A program made the position numbers and the translations under genes. From positions 23,996,001 through 24,060,000 of the forward strand of contig NC_045697.1 in the NCBI RefSeq assembly GCF_009834535.1: a DNA stretch of 64,000 nucleotides, read 5' to 3'. The notes under the pieces were generated by a model, which did no database searches, was not told the origin of the DNA, and worked only from the letters and a program-made list of their open reading frames with translations. Source of the DNA: Camelus ferus (Eukaryota). Below, in pieces: positions 38,608 to 52,480 of this stretch. The stretch's first letter is position 1. Every line of letters begins with the position of its first letter.

Positions 38608-39090
38608 TGTGCTCCATCTCCTTAAGGGAGTAGTATCCACAGAAATTGTTTGGGATTCCTTTGCATGGGATATTCATCCAGTTTTACCCAATTATTTATT
38701 CAATAATTTATATCAAGATGAATATTTATTTTATATGTTGGGTTATATCTCAATACTTTTTTTTTTGCTCAAATTATTCTAACTTTGGCCATTGGAAACT
38801 CTTTCAGTTGCCTCCTTTGACATACCCTCATTAATGAAAGTGGTGATTGTTCTTACTGGAGCACTCTGCCTAGCTTTCTGGCACTACAAGTTACTCCAAG
38901 TTCATCCTGTATATGCCCTACCTTCATCTCAGAATCAGTCATTTCTCCAAGGAGCCCTGGTGTATTTTCTTTGAGAATAAGTTTAGCAACCAAGATTTAG
39001 GTGTTGGGTATGATTGTTGCTACTAGGGTGTCATTGCTTCTAGGCTTTCCCAGGAAATAGAGCTTGGAAAATATATATGTACATACGCAC
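38608..39090 (-). mobile_element. L1MD/MC-type 3'UTR fragment
   Basis: ttgctcaaattattctaactttggccattggaaactctttcag, ttctggcactacaag, agaatcagtcatttctccaaggagccctgg. Confidence 0.82.
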
Positions 39091-40321
39091 TACATTTAAT
39101 GTTGCAAAGCAAACGTCTCTATGTTTGACTCAGACTTCATGAGAATTGTATCTCCTAGAGTTGGGCACTGATTGCATTGTCATATCCAGCAGCCCTGATA
39201 AAGTTAATACTAGTATGACATATATAATCAACTTGTATGAAACTTGTATGAAAATAGTAGGGATGTCCCACCTATAACTAATATTGGCTTTTTTATAAGC
39301 CACATTTTTAGTAAAATATGGGCTAAAAAAAACTGAGTGGTTTACTCTAACAATCATCCAAAATCTCTCTCTCTCCCAACCTCTCACTCTCTTTTAGGAA
39401 GAGACTGTATAGTCTTCCTAAAACTTTGATTCACTTCCATTGTGATTAATGTTGACCTAATGTTAATCATTATATGAAACCATCATGATTTGTAAGGTAG
39501 TTAAAAAGCAAATATATGGAACACTTGTAATAATGTCCTTTTTGGGGGGCATGGGTAACAGATCTGTACCATTAAACATGAAATTAAGTAGTGTTTTAAA
39601 ATATAATATTCCCTGTAGCAAATCTTAAAATTATTTCTAGTATGTTTTACATTATTCATAATGTCTTAGCACAGCATAGAAACTTTTGTCTCTTCTGAAC
39701 AAAGAGTGAGAGGTAAGAGGTACGCCTGAATATAACTTATGAGTACAAAAATGATTTACATACATGAGGGATTCTGCTTTGGGCCAAGATAGAATACCTG
39801 GAACCAACGGAAACATTCCTCCTCCACTCCCACCAAAGAAAATAAATATGTAAAATAGTAGTCTATAAGACATAGGGTGTAAATCTCAGAGACAGTGCAA
39901 AAATTAAAATCAAATTAAATTAAAAAGAAAAAAAAAGTCATTGCTATGACCGCCCCAACTAGCTGACTTAAGAGTTTTTAGGATGTGGTGCATGGAAAAG
40001 GAAATCAATGAAAGCCTGACATATGCCCAAGTTGAGGAGATGGAGCTGAGAGTCCAGGATAACCAAGGGGGCTCAAGTTTCCAGAACAGAATACTGAGGA
40101 GGAGAGACCTGCCCTCAGAGAGAACAGAAGAGATCGGCAGAGGATCCGTCAGGAGTATACGATTGAGAGTGAATCTGCGCATGCAGACGGGAAACACTCC
40201 CACACTGTCACTAACTTCTTTCCAATGTAGGAGAATCAGTGTACACCAGAAAAGTGAACTGTCTTCATAGAACACTCTGGTTACATTGAAGACAAGGGAG
40301 CCTGAGGGGGAGGGAGAGAGG

Positions 40322-40917
40322 TATCAGTCAGGATGGTCTCAATGTTTCCCTAAGCTTCACTGAACTCCGGACGGGCCTCTTCCCGACTGCATCCTGAACT
40401 CCTTTTTTTTTGGAGCTCTAGAACAACTAGAGTTCCAGTGTTCTAGAAAACGTGCCCTTGTAAATTGTTTCTCTGCTTTTTTGAGATGTAAATTTTTATA
40501 AAACTTTCTTCCTTCCGGTTGTACAGCCCAGTGATGCCTTTCTCAAGAATCCGAGAGAGCTTGCCTTTTGAAATGTAATCAGTAAGGAAGATAGCGCCTA
40601 TATTTCTCAGCCTCTGTGGGAGGGTGGGAGTCCAACTTCCATGGATGTAAATTAGCAAATGCAGATGATCTAATCACAGAGAAAAACAGTTACCAGCTCA
40701 GGAATAACTCAACACGTTTGACACATCTCATTGACCAAACTCTCTAGTAATATCCTCCAGTACTTTTCCACTAGCTTATCCCAGTCCTTTAAAACCCTCT
40801 CCCACCTTTTGTTTCAGTGGGATTGAGTTCAGACTGAGTTCTGGCTTCTCTCCCTTAGCCTTGAATAAAGTCTCCTTCTCCTGTTTAATTTTTTGCATGC
40901 TGAATTTTACTTTGACA
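40322..40917 (+). mobile_element. MER67-like LTR (ERV1, MER4 group)
   Basis: Starts t(a)tcagtcaggatggtctcaatgtttccctaagctt; contains tttgagatgtaaat, tttgaaatgtaatca, ctctgtgggagggtgggag; AATAAA at 40864-40869; ends tttgaca. Confidence 0.8.
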
Positions 40918-41404
40918 GTGTGTTACCTGATAGTTGCAGGATGCACTGGGATTTTTATTTTCAAGCATATTATGGGCTTCTATAATTACACAGTGAAATA
41001 TTTGGGAAAGTTGGAAAGCCGAGTGGATTGACTAGAGAAAGGAAGTATGAACCCATAAGAAGCTAGGATATACTGAAGGAAGGGCAACTCAAATACTTAC
41101 GTTCTGTGATGTGAATCAGAATAATAGCGACATGGGTCCTAGTAGAAGTATGTTGCCCCAGGCTTCACAATACAACAGTTCCCAGAAGAGTGTGGTAAAG
41201 GTGAAGACAAACTCCTCCCCAGCAGAAATCTGCTGCAGCTTCCTGGGTTGTGCTATTTTAGAAAATGATTTCATCATCTTTTTCTATTGACCACAAGGAA
41301 AAGAATTATTTCTATTTGTCCATGGACCAAATTCATCCTGTATTTATGAAGACTGAAAGCCCTGTTTTTCTTGTATTTATTTTTACCATTATGCTCCACA
41401 TTCT

Positions 41405-41570
41405 AGTTTGATCCATTATCTAATCCTGTATGTCTAGTTTCCTTATCTGTAATTTGAACATAACATGACATGAGGTAGTTGCCAAAATTAAATGAATTAT
41501 TATATGTAAAGTTCTTAGGACAGTATCTAATTTAGTGTTTTGTAATTATCTGTTATTATTTTCATTATTA
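41405..41570 (+). mobile_element. MIR fragment
   Basis: agtttccttatctgtaa...aaattaaatgaattattatatgtaaagttcttaggacagtatct. Confidence 0.7.
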
Positions 41571-43059
41571 ATGACAGTCAAGGTAAATCAGCAGATGTGG
41601 GAAAGAACTTCTTTACAGTGGGTTTTTTTCTTGGCAATTGGGAACACAATAGGATATGGATTTTGCACCTGCCCCGAGTTCATTCCTTATTTCTCAACTT
41701 TTCATAATGTTTCTAAATCATCACTCTTCTGTAAAATTTTACTCACCGACTTAATGCTTAATCAAGAAGTAGCCCATTTCATTTATAATTTGAATAAAAC
41801 AATTTACTCCATGTGCATTACACAGAAAGGATTTTTGGTTTTTTTTCTTTCCTCAGTGAGGTACATTGAAACTCTAGATGAATAGAGTTTACAATTCTGA
41901 AAGCATAAAACACTCAGAATGGTTGTTTATATTCAAATAACAAAAAAGATGGTAAGTAAGTCTTGATGAATCATGATACTGAAAGATAGGCTATATTTAC
42001 AAAGATAAGGCTTCATTTTCTGTTTTTCTTTTCCATAAATAAGTTACAGTAAGTTATATGTTTGTTGCAAGTTAATGTAGTCTTTGCATCTCATCTCTGA
42101 TTCATACAGCATTTTACATTAAATCAGAAAGCAGACAGAAACAGACAGCTTTTTTTGGATGTACTGTTGTTCTGTGTGATAAAAAAAAAAACCTAGCAAA
42201 AGTAATCCAACCAAAAATATATCTTTAATTTTGATTCACTGTAAACTCATATTATTTCTAGAAATCTCTATGATCAAGAAAAAGGATGTTATTTGAATTA
42301 TTAAAGTTAAGTTGCTCTGGGTCTATGATTCATTTTTGTATGTCAAAAAATAATCAGTTGTTTAAACAGGAACAACCTGGTATCTCCCATTGTGCAGTAA
42401 ATATATTTATTATTGAGATCATAAGAAAATAGTTTTTATAAATCCAGCATTGTTGTGTGAGCTATATAAACTTACTAGTCTCTGAGGTAAGGTTGCAAAA
42501 CAAAAAACAAATAAAATGGTATTTCTAAAAGCCTTATGGGTTTTTGCCTTGCTGCGTCATTTAAAGTGGCTGCATTTACATGCTCAATACATCCCAAGAT
42601 CACTGTAATTCAGCTACAGTTAAGTTCTCACTTACGGTTCTCACATCTTCCTTTTATGCCTTTTATATTTCTTAAATTAAAAAAAAATTTTAAAGGAAGA
42701 ATCATTACAAACTATAAATTACCTGTTCCTGCTTCAACTAAAGGCATCAGCAGGTAATGATCATTTCAATCTAACAAAAAAGATACATGATTTGTGTGCG
42801 TGTGTGTTAGCATGCCATTGTACCTCGAATTAGGGCATGTAACATAGATCATTATTCATCTGAAATATAAGGTAAAGGTATTTTAAGTAACAATTATAAT
42901 AACATAAAGCTTTAGAAATGTGTCTAAATAGACATATTGCCCCTTACAATTAAAGCTACATATTATTCAAGCTGCAAATTAATATGTTTATTCTCATATG
43001 GAAGGCCATAAAATGTTCCTAAGTATGACAGTTAAGTAACATTTCTGCTTTTAAATGTT

Positions 43060-43220
43060 TTTATTTCATTTATTTTAATATTCTTATTTAAATATTAGAT
43101 ATTTACTTAAATATATTAAATATTTATTTAAAATTCTAATAGTAAATATTTATTTTATTTATTTAAATATTTTGTTTTGGGGTTTTTTGTTTTAATTTTT
43201 AAAAATTTTTGTTTAATTTT
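43060..43220. repeat. Near-pure AT low-complexity tract
   Basis: Repeated tatttaaatatt / aaatattt motifs. Confidence 0.85.
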
Positions 43221-44931
43221 CTTCCCTCATAATTCTCAATAGCATCACTTGGGAAACTTTATTTTTTGTTTACAGCTGTTTATTAATCCTCACCATTAGC
43301 AGTTTTCTTAGTCTTCATCTTAGTTGTCCAGACAGTCTCATATCTGAGCTTGTCATCATGAGTGTTTATTTTAACTAGATAGTTCAGTACTCACTATACT
43401 GATGTCAAAATAAAAGGTCGTTTATATGCGTCTTCAATCAAATACCATAAAGTACTGATTTGTACGTTGGTTTCATCATTCTGGAAATTTCTGATATTCA
43501 GCCTAGGGAAATTCTAGTGAAATTCTAGTGAAAAAAAAGACTGGTAGAATTCACTCATGTTACCAATTAGTCACATGAAATTTTTATGTCATTTAAAGAA
43601 AACTAGATTCATAATTTTTGAAAACATAGTAAACACTCATCTTCTTATCTCTTATTTTCTTAACAAGAAAAAAATATAAGGAGATAAACAAAGTAGGTTT
43701 TTGAAATGTGAATATATTTCATACTCCGGGAACCAGACTAAAAGAAATGCATGTGTATAGTACTTGGAATCTGCTCAAGTATTCATATCTCAGTGCGTCA
43801 TTTCCATTATATGACTACGTTCCACCAAATGGGCGTTCTCCTTTGACTTGGATCATTACAGAATTTCTTGATTGCACAAAATTTGTTTCAGGTGACTCTA
43901 TTGAACCCAGTAATCCTCAGAAATTCAAATACTTCAGATTAACTACCTTTGGATAGTAACACTGAATCTTGCTTTATTGGCTGTCTTCAGGCCAAGGAAA
44001 CACCTATACCAAAAGCGTCCATTGTCTATTATTTGTCTATTCTATTGGTCTCCCAGAAGGAGAATGCCAAGACATCTTGGTCACCATCTGTTTAGGAAAG
44101 AACTCAGCCTGCTATTCTTTTGAGAGGATTTGCATTCTGATAAAAATGTCATCGAATCCTGCCTTCTCCCTGTCCCCCTTGTGGCTTCCACTTCCGCTTG
44201 GAAGCAAGGGATACACAGGTTAATTTTTCTTGGTTATGCCTAATTAACTTTCTCATCTGTTAAGCTGCTTTTGTAACTCAGCTTGGCCTTGATTGTGCTC
44301 TCCTAAGGACAAGGATTCAAAGCCCAGCTCTAAGCATGGGCACTCCTATGATCTTCACCTACCCTTTCAGCTCCTTTCCCAAGCTCTTGGTGCCAAAGCT
44401 ATTTTCCTTCTACTATTATGACATTTCTTTCTGCTGACTCCTTTTCATTTAATACCCTTACATCAAAATATACTTCTCTGCCTTGAGTATTTTCCCACAT
44501 GTTGCTCAAGGGAATATTGCAGGTGCTGCTCCAGCACTGTTCCTGCTGTGTATCCCAGGTTAGAAATCACAGAAACTATGGATACCACCAAGATACCAAA
44601 ATTATCCAAATATATATACATGCACACATCTCTATGTATATAAATAAGTGTTGGGTTTGTTTTTATGCTAGATTTATACAGCTAAGAAGTAAACTATCAA
44701 CCTTTTCCATTTATATCACATGCAGCAACATCACCTTCTTCTAGAAGAAAACTATTTGGTTGTTTAACATTCTAAGTAGTCATTTAATTTCTAATACCTA
44801 AGAATTAAGAATGGTCCTGGAAATGATGAAATATTCAGCTCTTTATATTCTCACACACCCATGCAAATAACCAACAATTCCATTAGATCAGGCACATTTA
44901 ACACATCTGTTTCAGAACAAACTGTCTAAAG

Positions 44932-45009
44932 GAAATTACCATTAACCAGTAGAAATATTATGTTGGTGTTTATGAAATTACCATTAAAACCAGTAGAAAT
45001 ACTATGTTG
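44932..45009. repeat. Diverged tandem duplication, about 42-bp period
   Basis: gaaattaccattaaccagtagaaatattatgttg vs gaaattaccattaaaaccagtagaaatactatgttg. Confidence 0.92.
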
Positions 45010-47419
45010 TTACTTGGGAAAACTCTTAAATAACTCAATACTAATTTTTACCAAAAATGATTTACAGTACTATTACAAAAATTAGTATCTAAGACCAACT
45101 CGCTTATATATAAGATGAAGTATTTATCACACAGAATTCTTACAGTAATACACTAGCTCGGAATCATTCTCTTCTTTAGCTTTCTCAGGGGAGGTTAATA
45201 GAAACTAGAATTTTTCTTAACTCTGCAGTCATCTTTTCTGTGTCTTCATCTTTGACATTTATCTACTGTTCTCTTGTAGAGTCCCTTTATGGCTGACAAC
45301 TTTTAGAGATGTGTCCTTATTTTTCACAAAGGCAGTTTCTTGTAAAAGTGATAGTCCATTTCCCAGCTGCCCTTTTGCATCCTCCTCAGTCAAGGATAGT
45401 TTTCCTGGGAAGTGAGATTCCAACGACTTACTAGAGATTCTGACACTTAGGTTTATATATTACCTTCCTAGTGAAAATGAACTCTACCTTCCTGGCATAC
45501 CTGTTTTAAAGTTTCAACTTCCTCAGTCTTCATATTAGCTGAATCATGCAGAGGGATCTCCTTACCTGGATCTTTTGATTTCTACATTTTCCTCCCAGCC
45601 ATTGTTAGAGCCAAACGTTTTATAAGAATGTTTCTCTCCTGAACCATAGGTGTTTCTAAGAATATTTTTTTCTCCTCTAGAATAACTCTTTCTATTTCAT
45701 CATTTGGATTAATGACCCTCAAGGACCATTTGAGACATTAAAAGCACACCTCCTCCATTCTTTTTTTAATGTGGCACTGTTAAAGAGTATTAAACATGTA
45801 TTGTCCTGAAATGGTAGAAATTGATGAGCTTTTCCAGAAATTCCTTCCCAGCTGTTACTCTTAACACTGTTTTTCATTCTAGCTGAATGTCCTTTTTATC
45901 AAAGTTGTCACAGAAACTCGCTCACACTTCTTGCTGCTTGCTAGGCCAAATTCTTGACTAACTATCTACGACCCCATTCTGCAGAGATCATAGCCCTCTA
46001 ACATGAGTGTAATGAGAGACAGAAATGTAATACCAGCTGTCTAGGTTGCTCTGAACCACCGTACAGAATACCAGGAGGAGAGAATATACTTTTTTCCTGT
46101 TTTGGGTCTTTAACTCTAGGCTTTTTTTCCATGTATCTATGTCTGTTAAATTAGCCAAAGCAGCATGGGCATTCACAACTACATGATTTACTGACTAGCA
46201 TTGACCTGGAACAAAAAGGTGAGCTATGTACCTAGCAAGATAGTAAAGAGGTGGGGGAACTGGGGAGGTGCGAAGTCTCTCTCTTTCTTTGATGTATTAG
46301 TTATGTTTTTTCTACATGGCGTTTAACAGAAAATCCTCCCAAATTTATCTGTGAATGCTAAGGAAGAACCAGCCTAGTCTAGGTCTTATTTGCTATATAC
46401 TTCATTTATCTATGTTTTATCACCATGATATTACAAGCATAAGGTAGTGGTTCTGTTGCCAAGGCAACTGAGATGTTTAACTCCACTTGTTAGAATCCCT
46501 GCTGAGTTCTTGGCTGTCTTCACCTTTTTTTTTTTTTTTTTTTTTTTTTGAGTAAAGAATAAAATCCATTTCTTGTTTCTCCATATTTTCTTTGCTGATT
46601 ACCTCTTCACCAAAGTGTGCTTCTCACTCCCATTTAAATCTGAATGAACTATACAGTTTTTCTTGCACATACTAATTTATTTACTTCTAATTATAATTGC
46701 CTATGTTGGTGCCTTTTGTCTCCTCCTATACCATAGATATTTCCTCCAATCATTATTTCTCATGCATAAGGAACCACACGTTATTTATATTTAAGGAATG
46801 GATAAAAGAATAGAAAAAAATATGCAATGAGAAAGGGTGATCAGAGTTTTGGAAGGAAAATCTAGAAGTCAGTGGATCTCAAAAAGCAAGGGACAGGATC
46901 AAGAAAGAGGTATGATCAAGCTTAGCAAATAATGGGGACCAGTGGCATACTTGAGAAGAGGGAATTGTAGTAGAAATTTAGAATATTTAAATCCAGTATG
47001 TTATATTTTTCAAATGTCTACTTCACATTGACTAATCCTCCACACATACTCAGTGCATGGTTATTTTATAACTAATAGTGACTGTAGTGGTAGGTGCTTT
47101 ACTTAAAAACTAAACCAAACCAAACTTATGTTTTGGGTACAATGTTAAGTGCTTTACTTTTCTTGATGACATTTGATTATTAAAATATCAACTAATTAAA
47201 AACAAAGAAAGCAAGAAATAAAAAAGTAAGTATAAATGTTCAGAAAACATTATCACTAGGGAATATAGATGGGACTGAAATCATTTGAAGTGATAATCAA
47301 ATTTTGCTGATTCACTTAGTTTTGAGCATTCTTTTCAGTAGGAGAAGTATTTATTTTTAAGCAGTCAAATAACAAAAATTTCAAAAGGCCTATGAGTTTT
47401 CTGCCTGAGGTAGCTCCTT

Positions 47420-47941
47420 TCCAGAAATGCCACTTTCTCCTGTATCTCTTTTCCAATGACCCATTCCTGATTTTCTCACCCCTCTGTAGCCCCCCTTCAC
47501 TTTAGATCTGGGCTGAATACAGGGCAATGACAGTGCAGCACCTCTGAAGCTGTATCATAAAACCCAATGGCTTCTGTCTGGATTATTTGGAATCTTCGGT
47601 CTTGGAACATATCTCAGAATCCAGTCACCATGACTTAGGAAGCTCAGGCCACACTTAGAGATTATATGTGCATATGCAGTTCACAACCCCCCTGAGCAGC
47701 CAGTTGATAGCCAGTATCAACTACCATCAAGTGTATGAGCCTCCTTAGGCCTCTAGCACTGTCAAAGCTTCAGATGACAGCAGTGCCATCTAACAACTGA
47801 CTGCAATTGCTTGAAAAACCCCAAACAAAACCAACTCAAATAAATTTAGTGATCCATCAGTCATGAAAGGTAAAAATACACTGCACTTTAAAGCCACTAA
47901 GTTTTGAGGGTTTTGTTTTGCAGTGATAGATCACCAAAACA
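47420..47941 (+). mobile_element. MaLR solo LTR, MLT1G/H-like
   Basis: agccagtatcaactacca, agcttcagatgacagcag, ctgactgcaattgcttga, tttaaagccactaagttttgaggg, ends gatagatcaccaaaaca. Confidence 0.75.
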
Positions 47942-49764
47942 GATCTTAAGAAGATGCTCATTGCAAACTGTCACTTCTCTCCAGCCTCCGATTCCACACC
48001 CTGTTCCAAAGGGGAAAAAAAAAAAGTATTAAAAAACAAAACCAAAAAAAGCCTGAAAGACATAATTGGACTTGCATTAAAGAGACACTCCAGGATTAAG
48101 CCACCAATTACTGTAGATATGATCACTTTATTGATGTTAACTTTAGTCAAGGTTTGTTGGCTTACATGACTTTTTTTTTATACATCCTGGATACATAAGA
48201 AATCGACTGAACTATTGAAAATGCAAATGGATACTTTTAAATATTATATTATTTCAAAAGTTCCCATTGCTTATTTGAAAATAATAAAAGTTGTATCTTT
48301 TTATCTTGATGTCGGCTGTCAAATAGGTAGTATCTGAGTAAATTTCCTTTTGGAATTTTATGGAAGCAGAGTTTCGAGTAGTTTTGGTTGAGTAATTTTG
48401 TTCTCTTTCTTGGTATGTTTTAAAATTTTATTGTGTTTTATTTTGTTTGTTCTTTCAGTTTATATCACATAAAAGTGATATATCTTCATAGAAGAAAGTA
48501 CAGATATCCAAAATTAGATAACAAAAACTGTACAGAACTTGACTTTGTATGGCAAAACAAATTTTCTGTGCATATACATTAAGTATTACGTGTTTTTTGT
48601 AGAAAATTTGATTCCACTGACATTTTGTTATATCTGTGCTTTATATGCATATTAGTAACTGAACATGTTTTTCTAACATAAACTATGCTATCATATAATT
48701 TTAGTCGCTTCATTTTTTTATTTTATGGATCTATGAGAATCTGTTTAGCATTTCCTACATAGGTATTTTTATAATCATGAAATAGATTGGAAGTTATCAA
48801 ATTTTATGTATTAAAACTAATTCCATACACAATTAAAATAATTAGCTAGAATACTTATATTTTAGGTATAATTATTGTGTGACTAATCAGCCCTCACACT
48901 CATTAAAAGAAAATACTAGAATATATACCTGTTCATTTAGACATATATGCATTTATTTCTTGTCTATTCTAGAAGCACTCATTCTATTAATGAATGCAGA
49001 AATTACAAAGGCATACTTTGTCTCACTTATTCAGTCAAAACAGGGAAGAAATGTATTGTATTTATTCAATTGAAATAAATGTCAGAGAAGAGGAAGATAA
49101 CTGAATTGGGCTATTACAAAGACTTTTAGAATAAGAAATTAACATTGAATTGCATATGTATTTTACTTTTAGTGTGCCAGAGACATACTGAATTGAAATT
49201 TATATCTCGAAAGGTCTATAGGAATAAGAATTGAGTCATTTAGTAAATTATTAAATTGTACTCTAAGAGTCATTAGCTTAAAAGTTTATTATTGGATTAA
49301 TTTATGCTATCACAGGATTCCTTCCATATTTTATATTCTTTTCAGACTCTTCCACATTTTCTGAAGGTTATACAGGGCTTAAGAATTATATTACAAGAGG
49401 ACAGTTTTTCTTTTCTTCAAGTTAGTTTATACATAGGCAGAACTACAGGCAAAGCAGGAAACATAGTTCAGTCTTTCACATGTCCACATTACAGTAATTT
49501 TTTTTCCTTATAATTCCTTTGTGAAATTAGGCAGTGGAACATAAGCTCTAAGTGTACCTGTTTTAGGTAGGATGGTGTTCATTTTACTCCTTAACTTATT
49601 TATTTAAACTATAATCCATGGTTCTTTGGTTTGAGAGAAGAGTTTAGCGTTACTGGAGAGAAAACAAGCCAGATTTCCAGTCACTCTATTAGTATCTTTG
49701 CATACAAAGGATGTTGACTACTGGTTTTCAGAATTTTCTTCTTGAATCAGGAAAATCAAAAATT

Positions 49765-50745
49765 TTTCTTTGAATGCCCCATAAATACTCACTTGCAAAA
49801 TACCTGAATCTGAACTCATTACTGTCTCTCAAAATATGCCCTCTCCTTCACTTTCCATCTTGGTGAATGATACTAGTCATTTAATTAAAGACCTGAGGTC
49901 TTCCTAGATACATTTAGATTACTTCATTAGCTTTGAAACTGATTTTCCTGTTTTCTGCCTGGTCGCAACCTAATCAATTTTACTATTATTGCAAAATGTT
50001 TCTAAAATTCAAATCCATTCATAATATTCCCTTGTTTAAAAGTGCTTAATGATGCCCCAGTATTCGGAAGTTACTGTTCAAAATCTTTATTTTAACATCT
50101 AAGAAAGGCCTTCATCATATGACTGTTGCTTAAAATTTCTCTCTACTATTCTTCATATATACTTGTACCAGTTAAAATTATATTTAACTGCTAGTAACAA
50201 AAACTCAAAAACAGATTTTTAAAGCAAATATCATTTTACTTCTCACAAAAAAATGTCCAACTATCTGTGTCCTAGGCAGCAGGATAGAGAAAGGGTCAAA
50301 GAAGCTTGTCTACCTTTCCTTAAGAATTCTTTCAGGTGACATTATAACTGATATTCACTTGCATATCTTTAGCCAAAATTTTGTTATGTAGTCCTACCTA
50401 GATTTAAAGAAGGACCAGATATTCTTGTGATTAAAGAGTCAGAGAGAACTGATAGAGGAATAAAGATAAGTCATGTTTGATAGGCAACTAGAGTTTTTTC
50501 TATATACTTCTAACCATGCTGTATAGAATGGTTTGCTTTCTAAATATGTGACGTTTCACCAAAAGTCATGGTGCTCTGTCTAGAATGCCTTGTCCCTTCA
50601 TCATGCAGCTAAATTCTGTTCATTCCTCAGAATCAATTGAGGTCTCTTCAAGAAATTTTCTGTGACACTCTAAGTCTTGTTTACTAGGTTAGTACTCTAT
50701 TTACACCTATACTATTATCACTTCTCACTCTAAATACTTTATGAA
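49765..50745 (+). mobile_element. L2 fragments, interrupted at about 50165-50480 by an old MLT1-like LTR
   Basis: ctgaatctgaactcatt...ccatcttggtgaatg; tctgtctagaatgccttg...attcctcagaatcaattgagg. Confidence 0.55.
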
Positions 50746-52344
50746 GTATTTAATTTTTAGTGTCATTTAACTAAATGAATTTCTTATTATCACTGCTTGT
50801 TTTACCAAATTTTATATTCTTACACATTTATGCTCAAAATCAAGGCCTTCCTGTAATTATATAAACAGGGATATATGAGACACCAGAAAAGTTGATGAAA
50901 AAGGAGCCTGAGAGAAGTCAGTAAACAAATTCTGGGAAGTGATATTTTACATATATGATCTTTCAAGTGTTGCCAATTTTTATAGGATGACCTCTAAGGA
51001 AAAAAAAAGCCTTTTTAACCATAAATCTCATTTTTTCCATATAAAATAATATTTAAACTCTTGTGTTTCATTTTGGTTTAAAAATTGTAATGTAAAATTA
51101 AAATTCTCTAATGCCTTTTTCTAAATTAAAATGTATGGAAGACATAAAAAACTTCAAAGAATAAGTGTTTATAGCCATTGAACATTTTACATGTATGCTT
51201 TATTTAGTTTCTCAAGCCCAACTGAAAAGAAATACTTGGTTATGTGTAAAAGCACAGTATATCTTCCTGGAGAGAAAGCTATTACGCTGCCACTTATGGA
51301 CATCCACAAATACAGGATGTAGGATGACCATAAGCCTGAAGCGCATTGGGTGAGGTACATAGCAATAGATAGACAGTAAAAGGCAGAGTGCTTCTAAAAG
51401 AGAAATGAGAGTTGGCGAGAAGTAACTTTATAGTAGGGAATAAGAAGGTGACCGTGCCCCAAATCTGTTACTTTTAGAGGGCAGCAAAACAAAGTATGCA
51501 CCAAATACTCACATAAAAGAGAAAAGACTACTAAGAACAAAGGAAATATTAAAGTTCTCTCACAAGATAAGCATGCAGTACCATGAAAATACATTTCTGC
51601 ATGCCACTTATTTGAAGAAGATGGTTAATAATTGTATTTTGAGTATTATTTCTTTTCATATGTGATATTGGAATAATGCCTAACTATTTAAACACATGAA
51701 GAATGAATCTGCCCTAAATCCTTGGTAAAATATCCTGTTCTTAGTTGTCTTCTAACAAATGCATGTTTATAATTGGAGGTGTGCGTTTCCTTAAATGTAA
51801 AGTTTTCCCTTGTGGTGGTTATCACATTTCTTTTTCATTCTTACTGATGATCTTAATCATATCTGAGACACCTAGTGTGTAATAACTTTTTTCCTGTACA
51901 TTTTAATTTATTCTCATTTTGACTAGATGAAACTAGAAATTAGGAATTACTGATGTTAAATGATATTACAAAAAAATGAAAAATAGCCTTTAGACATTTC
52001 TAATGGTGGCCATTGCCAAAAGAAATAACATGAAAATACTTGATTTGATATAAAAAAAAATTATAAACATGAAGAATATTATATACATCAAAACTTTTCT
52101 AGATTTTAGCAATTAAGATTTGGTTAAAAGTAAACAGTAATAGGCCAATTTTAAGGTTTAAACTGAATTTTAGTGGGTGGAAAAAAATGTATAGACAAAT
52201 ACCAAAATAAATTATTTTGAGAAGAATGTTCCTATAACCTTAAGACACTTTTATGGTATTTTATGTTTTCCTTTTATATAAGCAATACTTGGAGAATGTG
52301 TTAATAATTATTATTTTAATTAATTATTGAAGGTTTCCTAAAAG

Positions 52345-52480
52345 CATGGGGCGTATTGTGAGCTCAGGATCTTGTGGACTGAGGGCTGTGAATTGGACTT
52401 TGTGTTCATCTCGAATCGACCATTTAACACATGTGTGGCTTTAAGCAAGTATTTCCACTTTCAGTATCTTAACTAGAATG
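52345..52480 (+). mobile_element. MIR 5' fragment
   Basis: accatttaacacatgtgtggctttaagcaagtatttccactttcagt. Confidence 0.5.

Noticed and set aside
43708..44223. Two tandem plus-strand ORFs (82 and 84 aa)
   Set aside because: Non-ATG starts and no recognisable domain; part of the region resembles an antisense MIR head.
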